Shown one piece after another: positions 38,509-48,608 of a stretch of 64,000 bases of DNA. Below the pieces are notes generated by a model that was not told the origin of the DNA, ran no database searches, and worked only from the letters and a program-made list of their open reading frames with translations. The stretch is from a virus. The translations under genes were made by a program, and so were the position numbers. Location of the stretch: positions 1-64,000 of the IMG/VR virus record IMGVR_UViG_3300043395_002349, one strand, 5' to 3'. The stretch's first letter is position 1, and every line of letters begins with the position of its first letter.

Positions 38509-41500
38509 TTATTTTAATTTATTCTCTAATAATTCTACTTTTTTTGTTAATTCCTGAACTGCTTTCCACAAAATTGATGTTACTTTTTCATAATCAATAC
38601 CCGAAACTTTTTCTTCTTCATAAATTGCTTTACCATTTTTATCTGCTTCATATGTTACGGCTTGCCAAAAACCGTTATTATGTAAATCTTCTGCAATTAA
38701 ACCAAATGTTTCAACTTCATCATCTGCCCATTTTTTATATTTAAATCTTTCAACAGGAACTTTTTGTATAATTTCTAATACATTTTCGTTTTCTTTCCAA
38801 TTTCCAAAAATATTTTTTGTTTTACGCGATGATGAACTTGAAAATACATATCCATTACTTCTTACAATTTTAAGAGTATCATTTGTACCTGGATTAGATG
38901 GATTTAAAACTACACTAGTTAAATAAAGTTGATTATGTATATTGGTACTTCCACCCGTTCCTAATCCTGGTCCTGCAAAATAGTGAGAACCTGCTGCAAT
39001 TGTTGCAAATCCCTGGTTTAAATCGGATGTATTTTCAATATACATTCCACCATTTGTATATATACTAGACAATGAATTAGTAGTTCCGGTACTATTATTC
39101 ATAGCAATATAAATCGGCGATGATGCATTTGTTCCTGCTACTTCTGAATAAAATTTAATACCCACACCTATTCCTGTACTTCCAGAATAACCATCCATTT
39201 GGCTATAAACCACTTGACTTGTTGGTGCTACACCGGCTGTTAATCTAATACCACCTGGTACTATTTCAGTAAAGGAATTTAATTGTGGTGTACCAATAAA
39301 TCCAGTTCCTGCTGGCCATTCCATTGTAGGATGTGTATTACCAATTCTAACTCTATAATAATTTGTATTACTAGAATCCATCACTGCAAATTCTTTGTTT
39401 GTACTATCTAATCTAGTAATATTATCAGTTGATTTCAATTTATCAGTAGCAATATCCCAACCACCAATAGAACCAAGAGTTGCAGTTACAGTACCATTAA
39501 TACTTAGTGTAGAACCATCCCAACTTAATTTATCTTTTAATGAAAATTGGCCACTTCCATCTAAATATACGGATGTATCTGTGTTATTATAATTTCCCGC
39601 TCCAACATAAATTCTTCTTGTTGCTGTTGTTGCATCTAAAACAATTGAGTTTGTATTACCAACCGTTACTTTTCCACTAAAATAACCTAAATTACCTGCT
39701 ATGATTGGTGATGCAATGGTTGTACTACTTATAAACGTTCCACCACTATATGTTCCAGCGGCAATTGAATCTGCTACTGCTTTTGCATTTGTATATGCAG
39801 CACTTGCCATTGTCCACGCACTTCCACTTGCTGAACTTATTGCATTTGATTGTGCACTATTTGCTGAAGTGGTTGCCATCGTATATGCACTTCCACTTGC
39901 TGAACTTATTGCATTTGATTCTGCACTATTTGCAGCATTTGTTGCAACAGTATATACACTCGCTGATGTTGCAGCATTACCGCCTGCTACTGTTATATTT
40001 CCATTAATGCTTAATGTAGTTCCATCCCATGTAAGTTTATCTTTTAATGAAAATTGGCCAGCACCATCCATATAAACAGCTGTATTGGTATTATTATATG
40101 TACCTGTTCCCACATATATTCTTCTAGTTGCGGTTGTAGCATCTAATACAATTGGGTTTGCTCCACTACCTACCGTCACTTTACCACTAAAGTATCCTAA
40201 ATTACCTGCTATAATTGGTGATATTACACTACTTCCGTTTATAAATGTTCCATTACTTGAACCAGATGCAATTGAATCCGCTACTGCTTTTGCATTTGTA
40301 TATGCAGAACTTGCTTGCAAATAAGCACTTGCAGATGCATTTGTATATGCTGCTCCCGCTTGGGTATAAGCACTTGCAGATGCATTTGTATATGCTGTAT
40401 TTGCTGATGTAGTTGCAACACTATAAACACTTGCCGATGTTGCTGCTGTTCCACCCGTTACATTTATTGTTCCATTGATTGTAAGATTTGAACCATCCCA
40501 TAATAATGCATTCCCACCTGCACTTCCTGTCAAATAAAATATACCCGATGAACTTAAGAATGATGACCATTTTCCACCATCATAGTAACCTAAATTTTTA
40601 CTTCCTAAATATAAACCTGCACCGGATGGTGTTGCTGTTTTATTTATTAAACCGACAGTATCATTGAATATTCTACTATCTAAATTATTTGTAGTCGTAT
40701 ATATTGATGATGAGTATGCAGATGCTGATGTGTATGATCCCCATGCCGATGCTGATATAGTATTAACCGATGATGTTGTTGCTGCGTTTCCACCAACAAT
40801 ATTAATTGCACCTGCAATAGTTAAAACATTATTTTGCCATGTAAGATAATTAGAACCAGTTCCACTTAAATAGAAATTACCGGTATTATCCATATATGTT
40901 TTCCAACTACTACCACTATAAAATCCTAAATTTGTACTACCTAAATATAAACCATTCGATGTACCTACTAATACGTTTGGTGGTCTTACTATATTTCCAC
41001 TAACATCTGTAAATATATTTGGTGTTATCGAAGCACTTAAGGATGATGTTCCACTATTAACACTTGCAGTTACTCCCGCTTTTGTTGCAGCGTTTGTAAT
41101 CCCACCTTCTTGTATATTAATTTGTCCTTGAACTTGTAGTGTTCCTAATTGACCTGCCCATGCTAAAAATTGCCCATTTGAACCCGTTAAATAAAAATCA
41201 CCCTGGTTATCCATATAGGTTTTCCAACCACTTGTAGATGAAGTTGCACTTGAACTATAAAATCCTAAATAAGTTGAACCTAAAAATAAACCGTTTCCAC
41301 TGGCAGTTGGTGGTTGATTTAATTTACCATTTTGATCGGTAAAAATAAATGTATCTAAAAATTGCGATGCAGAATAAACATTATACAATGAATTTGATTG
41401 TGCCGTATAAATCGAACTACTTAAATTAGATAAAGATGTACTTACAGATGAACTTAAATTATATACACTTCCACTTACTACATTTATAGATGAACTTAAT

Positions 41501-42972
41501 GAACCACTAACTAATATAATAAAATTAGCGGATGATGCACTTACTTCACTTGCTGATTTAGAAATACTGCTTGTTAAACTTCCACTTAATGAATTACTTC
41601 CACTCCAAACATCTTTAAAATATGATTGAGAAAATTCACTTGTATATGCATTTGATGCGGATGTTGATGAACTTATTATTATTAAAGTTCCACCTATATT
41701 GTTATTACCACCATTAAATAAAGCACTTGCAGTTACGGCTACTGGAACATAATTATTGTTTATATCATAAAACTCAAACTTAAAATTAAATGTTTCGTTT
41801 CCCAATACCGTCGGCATAGATGTAATAAAACTAATTTCGTTTGGAGAAAATGCAGTATCTTGTGAAAGATTTAAACTTATATTACCAATATGCCATTGAT
41901 TAGTTCCGCTAGATTGTGAAAAATATAAACTTGCAGTTGGCTCATCTTTTGGTATTGTAAATGCTGTCGTAGTTGTTCCAAAATTTTTGGTTGGTATTGA
42001 ACCAGTAAATGTTGTAATTGGAAACTCTCCGTTTTGTGTACCACTTATATATGCTACTAAATTTCTTTCATGTGAACCAGTATAAAATGCATCTAGTTGT
42101 AGTTCATATGTATTCGAAGCTAATAGGTTCAATGAAGATGTATATTTTAATGTTCCACTACCTGTTAATTCTACGCCATCATCCACCCATGTAGAATTTA
42201 ATGTTGCGTTTAATGAACTTGTATTCCATACCGCACTTAAAGATTCTGATGTAAATAAACCCGCGTTTGCAACCACACTACTACTTAATTCATATGTGGT
42301 TAATAAATTTCTAGATTCAATACCAATATCTTGTATTAACTCATAATCTGATATATCTCCCGCAGATGTTCTAAATACTTTTACTCTTGCTACATCACCT
42401 GCGAATGTTTCTAATTGATTTACAGTTATACTTGCAAATGATTGTGTTACTAATGATGCAACTTTACTACCACTTACAATTGAATATAGAGGTTCTAATA
42501 ATTCTGTAATCGTAACTTTTGGTCTTTTATAAAATCTTACTCTTGTTGTATTTGGAAGTGCAGGATTAATATTAATGGTTTTTGTCCATTTAACACTATA
42601 TCTATTATTCCATTCAATTGGTGTATCTTTTAGTTGACCTAATATCGTAATTGTAGCTGGTCCAAATGCAGTATCAGTTGGATATACATAAACAGCACAT
42701 ACCTTAGAATTTCCTTCATAATAATCAACTGGATATCCATTTGAAAATTCATGATAAAGAACCTTTCCATTAGCATCTCTAATTTGTACTTTTACTTCTG
42801 TATTAGACAAAAGTTTATCAGAACCTGCTATTAGGAACGCATTTTTACCTCCTGATAATGTATCAGGAAGTTCTGTAATATTAAAATATTCTGATGTTGG
42901 GTTGGTATCTTCTATTAGAACTTGAACTAATTCTAATTTTTCATCAGGTGCAACTTTTATTTCAACTGCCAT
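38509..42972 (-). CDS. Ser/Thr-rich tail fibre/spike with C-terminal peptidase S74 intramolecular chaperone
   Basis: C-terminal SSRKTKN..FKY..FGLIAEDL..IDYEKVTSILWKAVQEL plus coiled coil; internal repeats. Confidence 0.85.
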   Translation of the reverse strand: MAVEIKVAPDEKLELVQVLIEDTNPTSEYFNITELPDTLSGGKNAFLIAGSDKLLSNTEVKVQIRDANGKVLYHEFSNGYPVDYYEGNSKVCAVYVYPTDTAFGPATITILGQLKDTPIEWNNRYSVKWTKTININPALPNTTRVRFYKRPKVTITELLEPLYSIVSGSKVASLVTQSFASITVNQLETFAGDVARVKVFRTSAGDISDYELIQDIGIESRNLLTTYELSSSVVANAGLFTSESLSAVWNTSSLNATLNSTWVDDGVELTGSGTLKYTSSLNLLASNTYELQLDAFYTGSHERNLVAYISGTQNGEFPITTFTGSIPTKNFGTTTTAFTIPKDEPTASLYFSQSSGTNQWHIGNISLNLSQDTAFSPNEISFITSMPTVLGNETFNFKFEFYDINNNYVPVAVTASALFNGGNNNIGGTLIIISSSTSASNAYTSEFSQSYFKDVWSGSNSLSGSLTSSISKSASEVSASSANFIILVSGSLSSSINVVSGSVYNLSSSVSTSLSNLSSSIYTAQSNSLYNVYSASQFLDTFIFTDQNGKLNQPPTASGNGLFLGSTYLGFYSSSATSSTSGWKTYMDNQGDFYLTGSNGQFLAWAGQLGTLQVQGQINIQEGGITNAATKAGVTASVNSGTSSLSASITPNIFTDVSGNIVRPPNVLVGTSNGLYLGSTNLGFYSGSSWKTYMDNTGNFYLSGTGSNYLTWQNNVLTIAGAINIVGGNAATTSSVNTISASAWGSYTSASAYSSSIYTTTNNLDSRIFNDTVGLINKTATPSGAGLYLGSKNLGYYDGGKWSSFLSSSGIFYLTGSAGGNALLWDGSNLTINGTINVTGGTAATSASVYSVATTSANTAYTNASASAYTQAGAAYTNASASAYLQASSAYTNAKAVADSIASGSSNGTFINGSSVISPIIAGNLGYFSGKVTVGSGANPIVLDATTATRRIYVGTGTYNNTNTAVYMDGAGQFSLKDKLTWDGTTLSINGNITVAGGNAATSASVYTVATNAANSAESNAISSASGSAYTMATTSANSAQSNAISSASGSAWTMASAAYTNAKAVADSIAAGTYSGGTFISSTTIASPIIAGNLGYFSGKVTVGNTNSIVLDATTATRRIYVGAGNYNNTDTSVYLDGSGQFSLKDKLSWDGSTLSINGTVTATLGSIGGWDIATDKLKSTDNITRLDSTNKEFAVMDSSNTNYYRVRIGNTHPTMEWPAGTGFIGTPQLNSFTEIVPGGIRLTAGVAPTSQVVYSQMDGYSGSTGIGVGIKFYSEVAGTNASSPIYIAMNNSTGTTNSLSSIYTNGGMYIENTSDLNQGFATIAAGSHYFAGPGLGTGGSTNIHNQLYLTSVVLNPSNPGTNDTLKIVRSNGYVFSSSSSRKTKNIFGNWKENENVLEIIQKVPVERFKYKKWADDEVETFGLIAEDLHNNGFWQAVTYEADKNGKAIYEEEKVSGIDYEKVTSILWKAVQELTKKVELLENKLK
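39490..40305 (-). repeat. Two copies of a ~105-aa module in the tail fibre (~39490-39800 and ~39990-40305)
   Basis: AYTNAKAVADSIA..SPIIAGNLGYFSGKVTVG..IVLDATTATRRIYVG..GQFSLKDKLxWDG.TLSING occurs twice. Confidence 0.9.
39818..39933. repeat. 69-nt period tandem duplication (ANSAxSNAISSASGSA)
   Basis: gcacttccacttgctgaacttattgcatttgatt starts at both 39818 and 39887. Confidence 0.9.
40291..40395. repeat. 45-nt period triple repeat (AYTNASASAY)
   Basis: tgcatttgtatatgc starts at 40291, 40336 and 40381. Confidence 0.9.
40440..41350 (-). repeat. Three diverged copies of a ~80-100-aa module in the tail fibre
   Basis: IF.D..G..GL[FY]LGS..LG[FY]Y..W..G.FYL.G..L.W..L...G.IN..GG occurs three times. 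Confidence 0.85.
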
Positions 42973-42993
42973 ATGCTAAACAAATATTCTTTG

Positions 42994-43659
42994 TTATAAA
43001 TATTTGTTCTCTGGATAATGTAACGTTTCAATTAAAGGTATTGATGTAAGAAACGTTTTTCTTTCAAATGTTTCGTTTAATATTGGTGTTACTTGGTGTT
43101 CCGGATTTGAATAGTAAAAATCAATAACGCCATATCTTCCAAATTCAGGTTTTATAATATGTTCTTTTTCTACAACCAATTCACCACCATCACCTTCTTT
43201 ATAATCTTCATTTAAATAAAATAAAATATTACATAATGCGGCACCACTACCACCATCTCTGTGGTTTTTTATGAAACATCCTTTATCAAACAAAGTGTAA
43301 TTAATATGTTTTATTTGATCAAATTTTGAAAATACTTCAATCGGATATAATTCCACAACAATTTTATTACATATATTTTTAAACCATTCAAACTCATCCT
43401 TTTCCCATCTGATAGATGAATCAAAATACCAATATTGCCAAGCTGTATTTTTTTCTAAACAATCTATTTTTTTAGATTTTAATTCTTTAAAAGGAGTATT
43501 ATTAGAATAGTTATTTCCATATCCAGTATGACATGCGTTTGTAAAATTTCCTTCTTGGTGGTTTATGAAAATATTTTTAAGAATATTATAGTCTTCTTGA
43601 TTTAATTTATCCGTATAACAACCATTTGATTTTAATAAATTATTTTTTTCTATATTCAT
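42994..43659 (-). CDS. 2OG-Fe(II) oxygenase
   Basis: GCFIKNHRDG, FYLNEDYKEGDGGEL, PEHQV..R; close paralog of 16091..16753. Confidence 0.85.
   Translation of the reverse strand: MNIEKNNLLKSNGCYTDKLNQEDYNILKNIFINHQEGNFTNACHTGYGNNYSNNTPFKELKSKKIDCLEKNTAWQYWYFDSSIRWEKDEFEWFKNICNKIVVELYPIEVFSKFDQIKHINYTLFDKGCFIKNHRDGGSGAALCNILFYLNEDYKEGDGGELVVEKEHIIKPEFGRYGVIDFYYSNPEHQVTPILNETFERKTFLTSIPLIETLHYPENKYL
42995..43002 (-). promoter_or_regulatory. Putative late promoter TATTTATA
   Basis: Overlaps the upstream stop codon; 22 nt before the tail fibre ATG. Confidence 0.55.
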
Positions 43660-44411
43660 TTTGTTGTATATTGGTTATATAGTTCATCATTTAAAGGAGT
43701 ATAAATTGAATATCGTACTCTATCACTATAATTTGTAGTGACTTCATGCCTATAATTATAAATTTTTTGTTCCAATATAACAACTTTTGTAAAATCTGGA
43801 ACTATTTCTATAACATCATTTTCTGAAAATATTTTTAATAACGATCCATCTTCTATCGTTCTATTTGAATTTATAAAAAATAAAGTAGTAAATAATCTAT
43901 CGTTATTTGTAGTTTCATCGGTATGATCTTTAATGAAAGAATTTTTTGGATAAACATTAATATGTCCAAAATTTATTCTCACACCACTTAAGTTCAACTC
44001 AGTATCAAATAAATGTTCTAAAATATTTTTATATGCTTTTTTATATAATTCTTCTATTTCGGAATTAAAAAAATATACAATATCATCTTTTAAACTATTA
44101 AATGGTTGTCGATACATCATACAAAAATTAAAATAATCTTCCTTAGAAAATCCAAATTTTTGGTTAAATTCATTTAAATAAGAAAAATCATTATAATTTA
44201 GATATTCTTTTTTTAACAAAGAGTTATAAAAATTAATATCGGTTTCTATAAGTTTTGTTTCTACTCTTTTAGACCATGCTAAAGATTTATAATGACATTT
44301 AAAATAATCAAATGGTATATAAAAATGTGCTACTAATGTTTGTAACTTTTCAAATTCTGCTCTCGTTAAAAAATCTTCTATTTGAAAAATTTTATAAGGA
44401 AAATCTATCAT
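43656..44411 (-). CDS. 2OG-Fe(II) oxygenase
   Basis: SFIKDHTDE, LFFIN..DGSLL, HEV..R. Confidence 0.8.
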   Translation of the reverse strand: MIDFPYKIFQIEDFLTRAEFEKLQTLVAHFYIPFDYFKCHYKSLAWSKRVETKLIETDINFYNSLLKKEYLNYNDFSYLNEFNQKFGFSKEDYFNFCMMYRQPFNSLKDDIVYFFNSEIEELYKKAYKNILEHLFDTELNLSGVRINFGHINVYPKNSFIKDHTDETTNNDRLFTTLFFINSNRTIEDGSLLKIFSENDVIEIVPDFTKVVILEQKIYNYRHEVTTNYSDRVRYSIYTPLNDELYNQYTTK

Positions 44412-44414
44412 ACG

Positions 44415-44422
44415 AATAAATA
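44415..44422 (-). promoter_or_regulatory. Putative late promoter TATTTATT
   Basis: 3 nt before the ATG of the 2OG oxygenase pair. Confidence 0.55.
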
Positions 44423-47400
44423 TTACTTATATTGTATTTGTGAGAACCCATCTATTTTTTTAATCTCAACCAAAGTATCTACAATATCTCGCATTGCATC
44501 CAAATGAGAAATGATATTAATAAAATCAAATTGTGTTTTAAGATAATCAAACATCATAAAGATAGATTGTAAATTATCGCTATCTAATGTACCAAATCCT
44601 TCATCAATCACTAAGAAATTAGGACGAGGTAAATTACATACATTAATAAGTGCAACTCTGATTGCCAATCCACTAATAAACTTCTCCATACCACTACACA
44701 TTTCCAATGGCCAATGTTGATCCTCATATACAATCCTAGCGTTCACATTTTTACCACTCATATCAAATACGATACCAAACTCTACAATTTGTTGTAAAAT
44801 GTTATTAACCTCACCTTCTATCACAGGTAGAGCCTTTGCAATTAATTCATATGATACACCATCTCTCTTAACTGCATCTAAGTAATATTCATAGATTTTG
44901 AACTGCTCTTCCAATCCTTTTGCTTCTTCCATCTTATCTACAACTGATTGGATATAACCTTTTGTTTTTGCTATATCTGCATTTGCACTCAATAACTTTT
45001 GATTAATTTCTCTTAAATCTTTTGTTACACTACCTAACTCACTTCTTTTAGTTTCAATCTCATTATTTAATCTTTCGTTGTTTTGAATACTTGCTTCGTT
45101 AGCATGGTATCTTTCAATATCAGATTCAACAGTTTCTAAATTCTTTTGTTGTAATTCTAAATCTTTATGTTGTGTAGCTAATTCTGCCTTTGCTCTATCT
45201 ATAATGATTTTAGCTTTCTGATGTTTTTCTTTTAGTTCTTTATATTCATTATATTGTTCTTCTATACCTTCCCATCTATCTAACGTTTGTTGAATAGAGG
45301 TAGCATCTACTAATGCATCTGTAACTATTTGTTGTAATTCCGGCAATGCATTTTTTGCATTCATTGCATCTTTAACAAATGTATTATCACAACAAAACTT
45401 ACAATTAGGGTCGTACTGATGATTATCTAAGTGTTTAATTTTTTCTTCTGCTAAACTCAAATATACTTTTGCATTTGAATATACTTTCTCTGCTTCTACT
45501 AATTTCTTTTGTTCTTCTTGTAAATTTGAATACGCGATTTCTATATCAATACCATCTGATTTAGCTTTTTGTTTAATAACATCCGAAAGTTCTTCAATCT
45601 TTTCACTATAAGTTTTAATATTGCTTTCTTTTGTTTCAATTACATTTTCAGTATTTTTTATGGCTCTCAAAACACCATCTCTCTTATCACTTAATTGTGT
45701 TACGTTTAAATTACCATCAATAGGAATTAACTGAGCAGATAATTCATTAATCTGTTCGTTTAATTCTTCTTGTCTATCTTCGTAACCTTCTTTCTCAATT
45801 TCTTCTTCTTCGTATAGTTCTTCTAATTCTTCTAACTTATTTTCTGCATTTGCCAATTCTGTTGTAAAATCAGTTCTCTTAAAATTTTTTAATAGAACTG
45901 CTACTTCTTTAATGTCTTCACTTGCTAAATCATACAATTTATCAAATACATTAATACCCATAAACTGAGCCAATAAATCTTTTCTTTCTGATTGTGATTT
46001 ATCAATGAATAATGAATTGTTACCCTGTAAAGATAATGCAGTTAAAACGAAATCTTCGTATTTTCCTAAATAACTTTCAATCATCTTATCGGTATCTCTA
46101 CGTTCTGTTCCGTTTAGTGATACTACTTCATCACCTTCCATTTTGTAAAACTGAACATCTACTTTAACAGCATCACCCTTCTTATTCATTTTAGCAGTTC
46201 TCTCAATAAAAAATCTTTCTTCATTGATTTCAAACTCTAACTTACAAAAGAATTCTGATTTACGATTATTTAATACATTTTGTGCTTTAAATGCTCTACT
46301 ACTTTTATCAAAGATACAAAAAGATAATGCATCAAATAGAGAAGATTTACCACTAGCATTTGGAGCAAATACACCCAATAAACCTTTCATATTTTCAAAG
46401 TTTACTATGTTATTCTCACCATAACTGAACATATTAGAAAACTCAAACTTAATTGGTTTCCAAAGTATGTTTCTTACTAAATCATCATCAGTCAAACGTT
46501 TGTTTAACTTATTATTTAAATCTTCAATCTTACCTAATGTATCATCATCTAACATATAATTTCTAGTTAGATAATCTTTAATAAGACCCGATTGATATTG
46601 TGCATCGTTTACATTACCTACATTTAATTTACCATCCCTATTACCAGTCCTTAATCTTGCTAATGTATCGGTACGTGTGATCGTAAATTCATCAACCTTA
46701 TATTTCTTTTTAATTTCGGTTGTTACTCTTTTCATATCTGATGCATCTGTCTTAGATACCAAAACTCTTAATCTTGGTTTCTTAGGCATATCGGTTACAT
46801 CAGGTACTTCACCATTCTCTACCATTAAAGTATAATAACCATAATCATTTGGAACATCTGCATATTCAACTGATAAATCTTCTAAATTCCAAATAGCGTA
46901 ACCATGTTCAGTTAATTTCTCACCATGATTTTGCTGAACTAATGAACCAGGATAGACTACTTTACATCCTTTTGGTGAAATCATTTGTTGCCTTCTATGA
47001 ATATCACCTAAAAGAGCCAAATCATATCCATCAAACATTTCTGTTGTAAAATGACGAGAAGAAATAGTAAATCCTATATCGGTTGTTGCATCTAAAATAG
47101 GTCCGTGAAATAAAGCAATGTTAATTGTATCTGAATTTAACTCATCAAATTTCCAATTTTCTTTATCATCAAAGATAGAAAAAGTATCAAATCTAACTCC
47201 ACCATAAACATAGGTAGAAGTATCTCTTAGATAAACTAAATTGGGTAAATTAAGTGCATCTACAATTGGACTCAATACGTCCAATCTACCTACGTTGTTA
47301 AGATTACAATCGTGGTTTCCTGCAATTAAAATGGTATGGGTTAATTCACTACACCTTTTAAGGAAGTAATTTATTTCATTTACTAACTCAGGTGACATTT

Positions 47401-47569
47401 CTAATTTAGCGTGTGCTAGGTCACCCGCTAAATAAATTAAGGAGTCTTCAACTCCTCTTTTCTTAATATCATCAAACAATCTATCAAAAACTTCTCTATA
47501 CTCTTGATGTCTTTTTAAGTTTCTAATATGAATGTCTGCGATATGATAAATTCTTTTTATTTTATTCAT
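44423..47569 (-). CDS. SbcD-SbcC (Mre11-Rad50 / T4 gp47-gp46) fusion nuclease-ATPase
   Basis: Metallophosphoesterase motifs ADIH, AGD, GNHD, LGDIH; Walker A APNASGKSS; coiled coil with Zn-hook CKFC; signature CSGME; Walker B VIDEGFGTLD; ISH. Confidence 0.93.
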   Translation of the reverse strand: MNKIKRIYHIADIHIRNLKRHQEYREVFDRLFDDIKKRGVEDSLIYLAGDLAHAKLEMSPELVNEINYFLKRCSELTHTILIAGNHDCNLNNVGRLDVLSPIVDALNLPNLVYLRDTSTYVYGGVRFDTFSIFDDKENWKFDELNSDTINIALFHGPILDATTDIGFTISSRHFTTEMFDGYDLALLGDIHRRQQMISPKGCKVVYPGSLVQQNHGEKLTEHGYAIWNLEDLSVEYADVPNDYGYYTLMVENGEVPDVTDMPKKPRLRVLVSKTDASDMKRVTTEIKKKYKVDEFTITRTDTLARLRTGNRDGKLNVGNVNDAQYQSGLIKDYLTRNYMLDDDTLGKIEDLNNKLNKRLTDDDLVRNILWKPIKFEFSNMFSYGENNIVNFENMKGLLGVFAPNASGKSSLFDALSFCIFDKSSRAFKAQNVLNNRKSEFFCKLEFEINEERFFIERTAKMNKKGDAVKVDVQFYKMEGDEVVSLNGTERRDTDKMIESYLGKYEDFVLTALSLQGNNSLFIDKSQSERKDLLAQFMGINVFDKLYDLASEDIKEVAVLLKNFKRTDFTTELANAENKLEELEELYEEEEIEKEGYEDRQEELNEQINELSAQLIPIDGNLNVTQLSDKRDGVLRAIKNTENVIETKESNIKTYSEKIEELSDVIKQKAKSDGIDIEIAYSNLQEEQKKLVEAEKVYSNAKVYLSLAEEKIKHLDNHQYDPNCKFCCDNTFVKDAMNAKNALPELQQIVTDALVDATSIQQTLDRWEGIEEQYNEYKELKEKHQKAKIIIDRAKAELATQHKDLELQQKNLETVESDIERYHANEASIQNNERLNNEIETKRSELGSVTKDLREINQKLLSANADIAKTKGYIQSVVDKMEEAKGLEEQFKIYEYYLDAVKRDGVSYELIAKALPVIEGEVNNILQQIVEFGIVFDMSGKNVNARIVYEDQHWPLEMCSGMEKFISGLAIRVALINVCNLPRPNFLVIDEGFGTLDSDNLQSIFMMFDYLKTQFDFINIISHLDAMRDIVDTLVEIKKIDGFSQIQYK

Positions 47570-47572
47570 ATC

Positions 47573-48583
47573 TTATTTTAAAATGGAAGAACTTATATTA
47601 TATAGTTTTTCTTTTAATAAGCTTTCCCAACTCAAAGTTACGGATTTTTTCTGATATTTCAAAATATTTTGGAAGGAAATTTCACCAGCATCTTTCTCAT
47701 CTAACTTAATGTTTTTCACCGACTTTACATATGATTTAATTTTATCATATAAGTTTAACGCATCATCTTGAGCATCATTATCTAAACATATATAAACCAT
47801 TTCAGGTTTTCTACTCTTTAATTCGTTATCTAACCTTTTTTGTATAAATTTACCCAATAACGGTATAGCATTTCTTTTTAGACCTATTGCATCAAATACA
47901 CCCTCACATAAAGTAATAGGTGCATTCCAATTTACTTGATTTTCGAATACAATTACATCTTTACTAACAGGAGGATTTTTGTACTTTTGTTTTTCATCCA
48001 CAAATATACTTCTTGCTATAAAGTAATTTAATTGATTATTTTTATCATAAGAAGGTATTATAATTCTACCAGCATACAAACCCGTTTTACAAAAACCAAT
48101 GTTATATCTGATAATATGTTTTTTATTTATACCTCTTCTTTTTAAATATGCAATTGCTTGTCCTTCAATTGGAGATTCTAAATTATAACTTAAATCTAAT
48201 GCAGAAATAAATTCTTCAGGTAATAATAAAGTTGAATGTGAATCATCTTCTTCATCAACCATTTCATCTAAATTTTCTAATATATCTTTTATTGTTGTAA
48301 TCCAATCGTTATTATTCTTTTTTATTTTTTCTAATATCTTTGAATATGTTCCGGTAAAACTAGATAGATTAATTAAATCGGTATCATTCATACCAACTCT
48401 TTTTCCTAAATAATGTAAGTTACCACCCGCATTACAAGTCCAACAATGGAACTTATGTGATTTATCGTTTATCTGTAATTTTTGTTTGTGGTGATGACAA
48501 AATGGACAATAATACGCATACTCATTCTTTTTAAGAGTAAGATGTGAACCTAAATACTTGTCAAATAGTTGTATTATTTCCAT
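47573..48583 (-). CDS. dnaG: DNA primase (Zn finger + TOPRIM)
   Basis: CPFCHH..FHCWTC, GRIIIP, KYKNP, LCEGVFDAI, CLDNDA, KDAGE. Confidence 0.88.
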   Translation of the reverse strand: MEIIQLFDKYLGSHLTLKKNEYAYYCPFCHHHKQKLQINDKSHKFHCWTCNAGGNLHYLGKRVGMNDTDLINLSSFTGTYSKILEKIKKNNNDWITTIKDILENLDEMVDEEDDSHSTLLLPEEFISALDLSYNLESPIEGQAIAYLKRRGINKKHIIRYNIGFCKTGLYAGRIIIPSYDKNNQLNYFIARSIFVDEKQKYKNPPVSKDVIVFENQVNWNAPITLCEGVFDAIGLKRNAIPLLGKFIQKRLDNELKSRKPEMVYICLDNDAQDDALNLYDKIKSYVKSVKNIKLDEKDAGEISFQNILKYQKKSVTLSWESLLKEKLYNISSSILK

Positions 48584-48587
48584 TAAT

Positions 48588-48595
48588 CAAATATA
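48588..48595 (-). promoter_or_regulatory. Bacteroidota -7 box TATATTTG upstream of the primase
   Basis: Exact TAnnTTTG match 4 nt before the ATG; no clear -33 element. Confidence 0.45.
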
Positions 48596-48608
48596 CAAAA
48601 AAAATACC

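Noticed and set aside
39490-41350. Tail fibre repeats as a CRISPR array or DGR template/variable pair
   Set aside because: The repeats are in-frame coding duplications without unique spacers. The differences do not look adenine-restricted, and there is no cas or reverse transcriptase gene in the window.
9588-44411. DNA hypermodification as the main role of the cluster
   Set aside because: Not excluded but disfavoured. I see no thymidylate-synthase-like hydroxymethylase, nucleotide kinase or DNA methyltransferase here, and the context is late/tail. Nucleoside LC-MS would decide.
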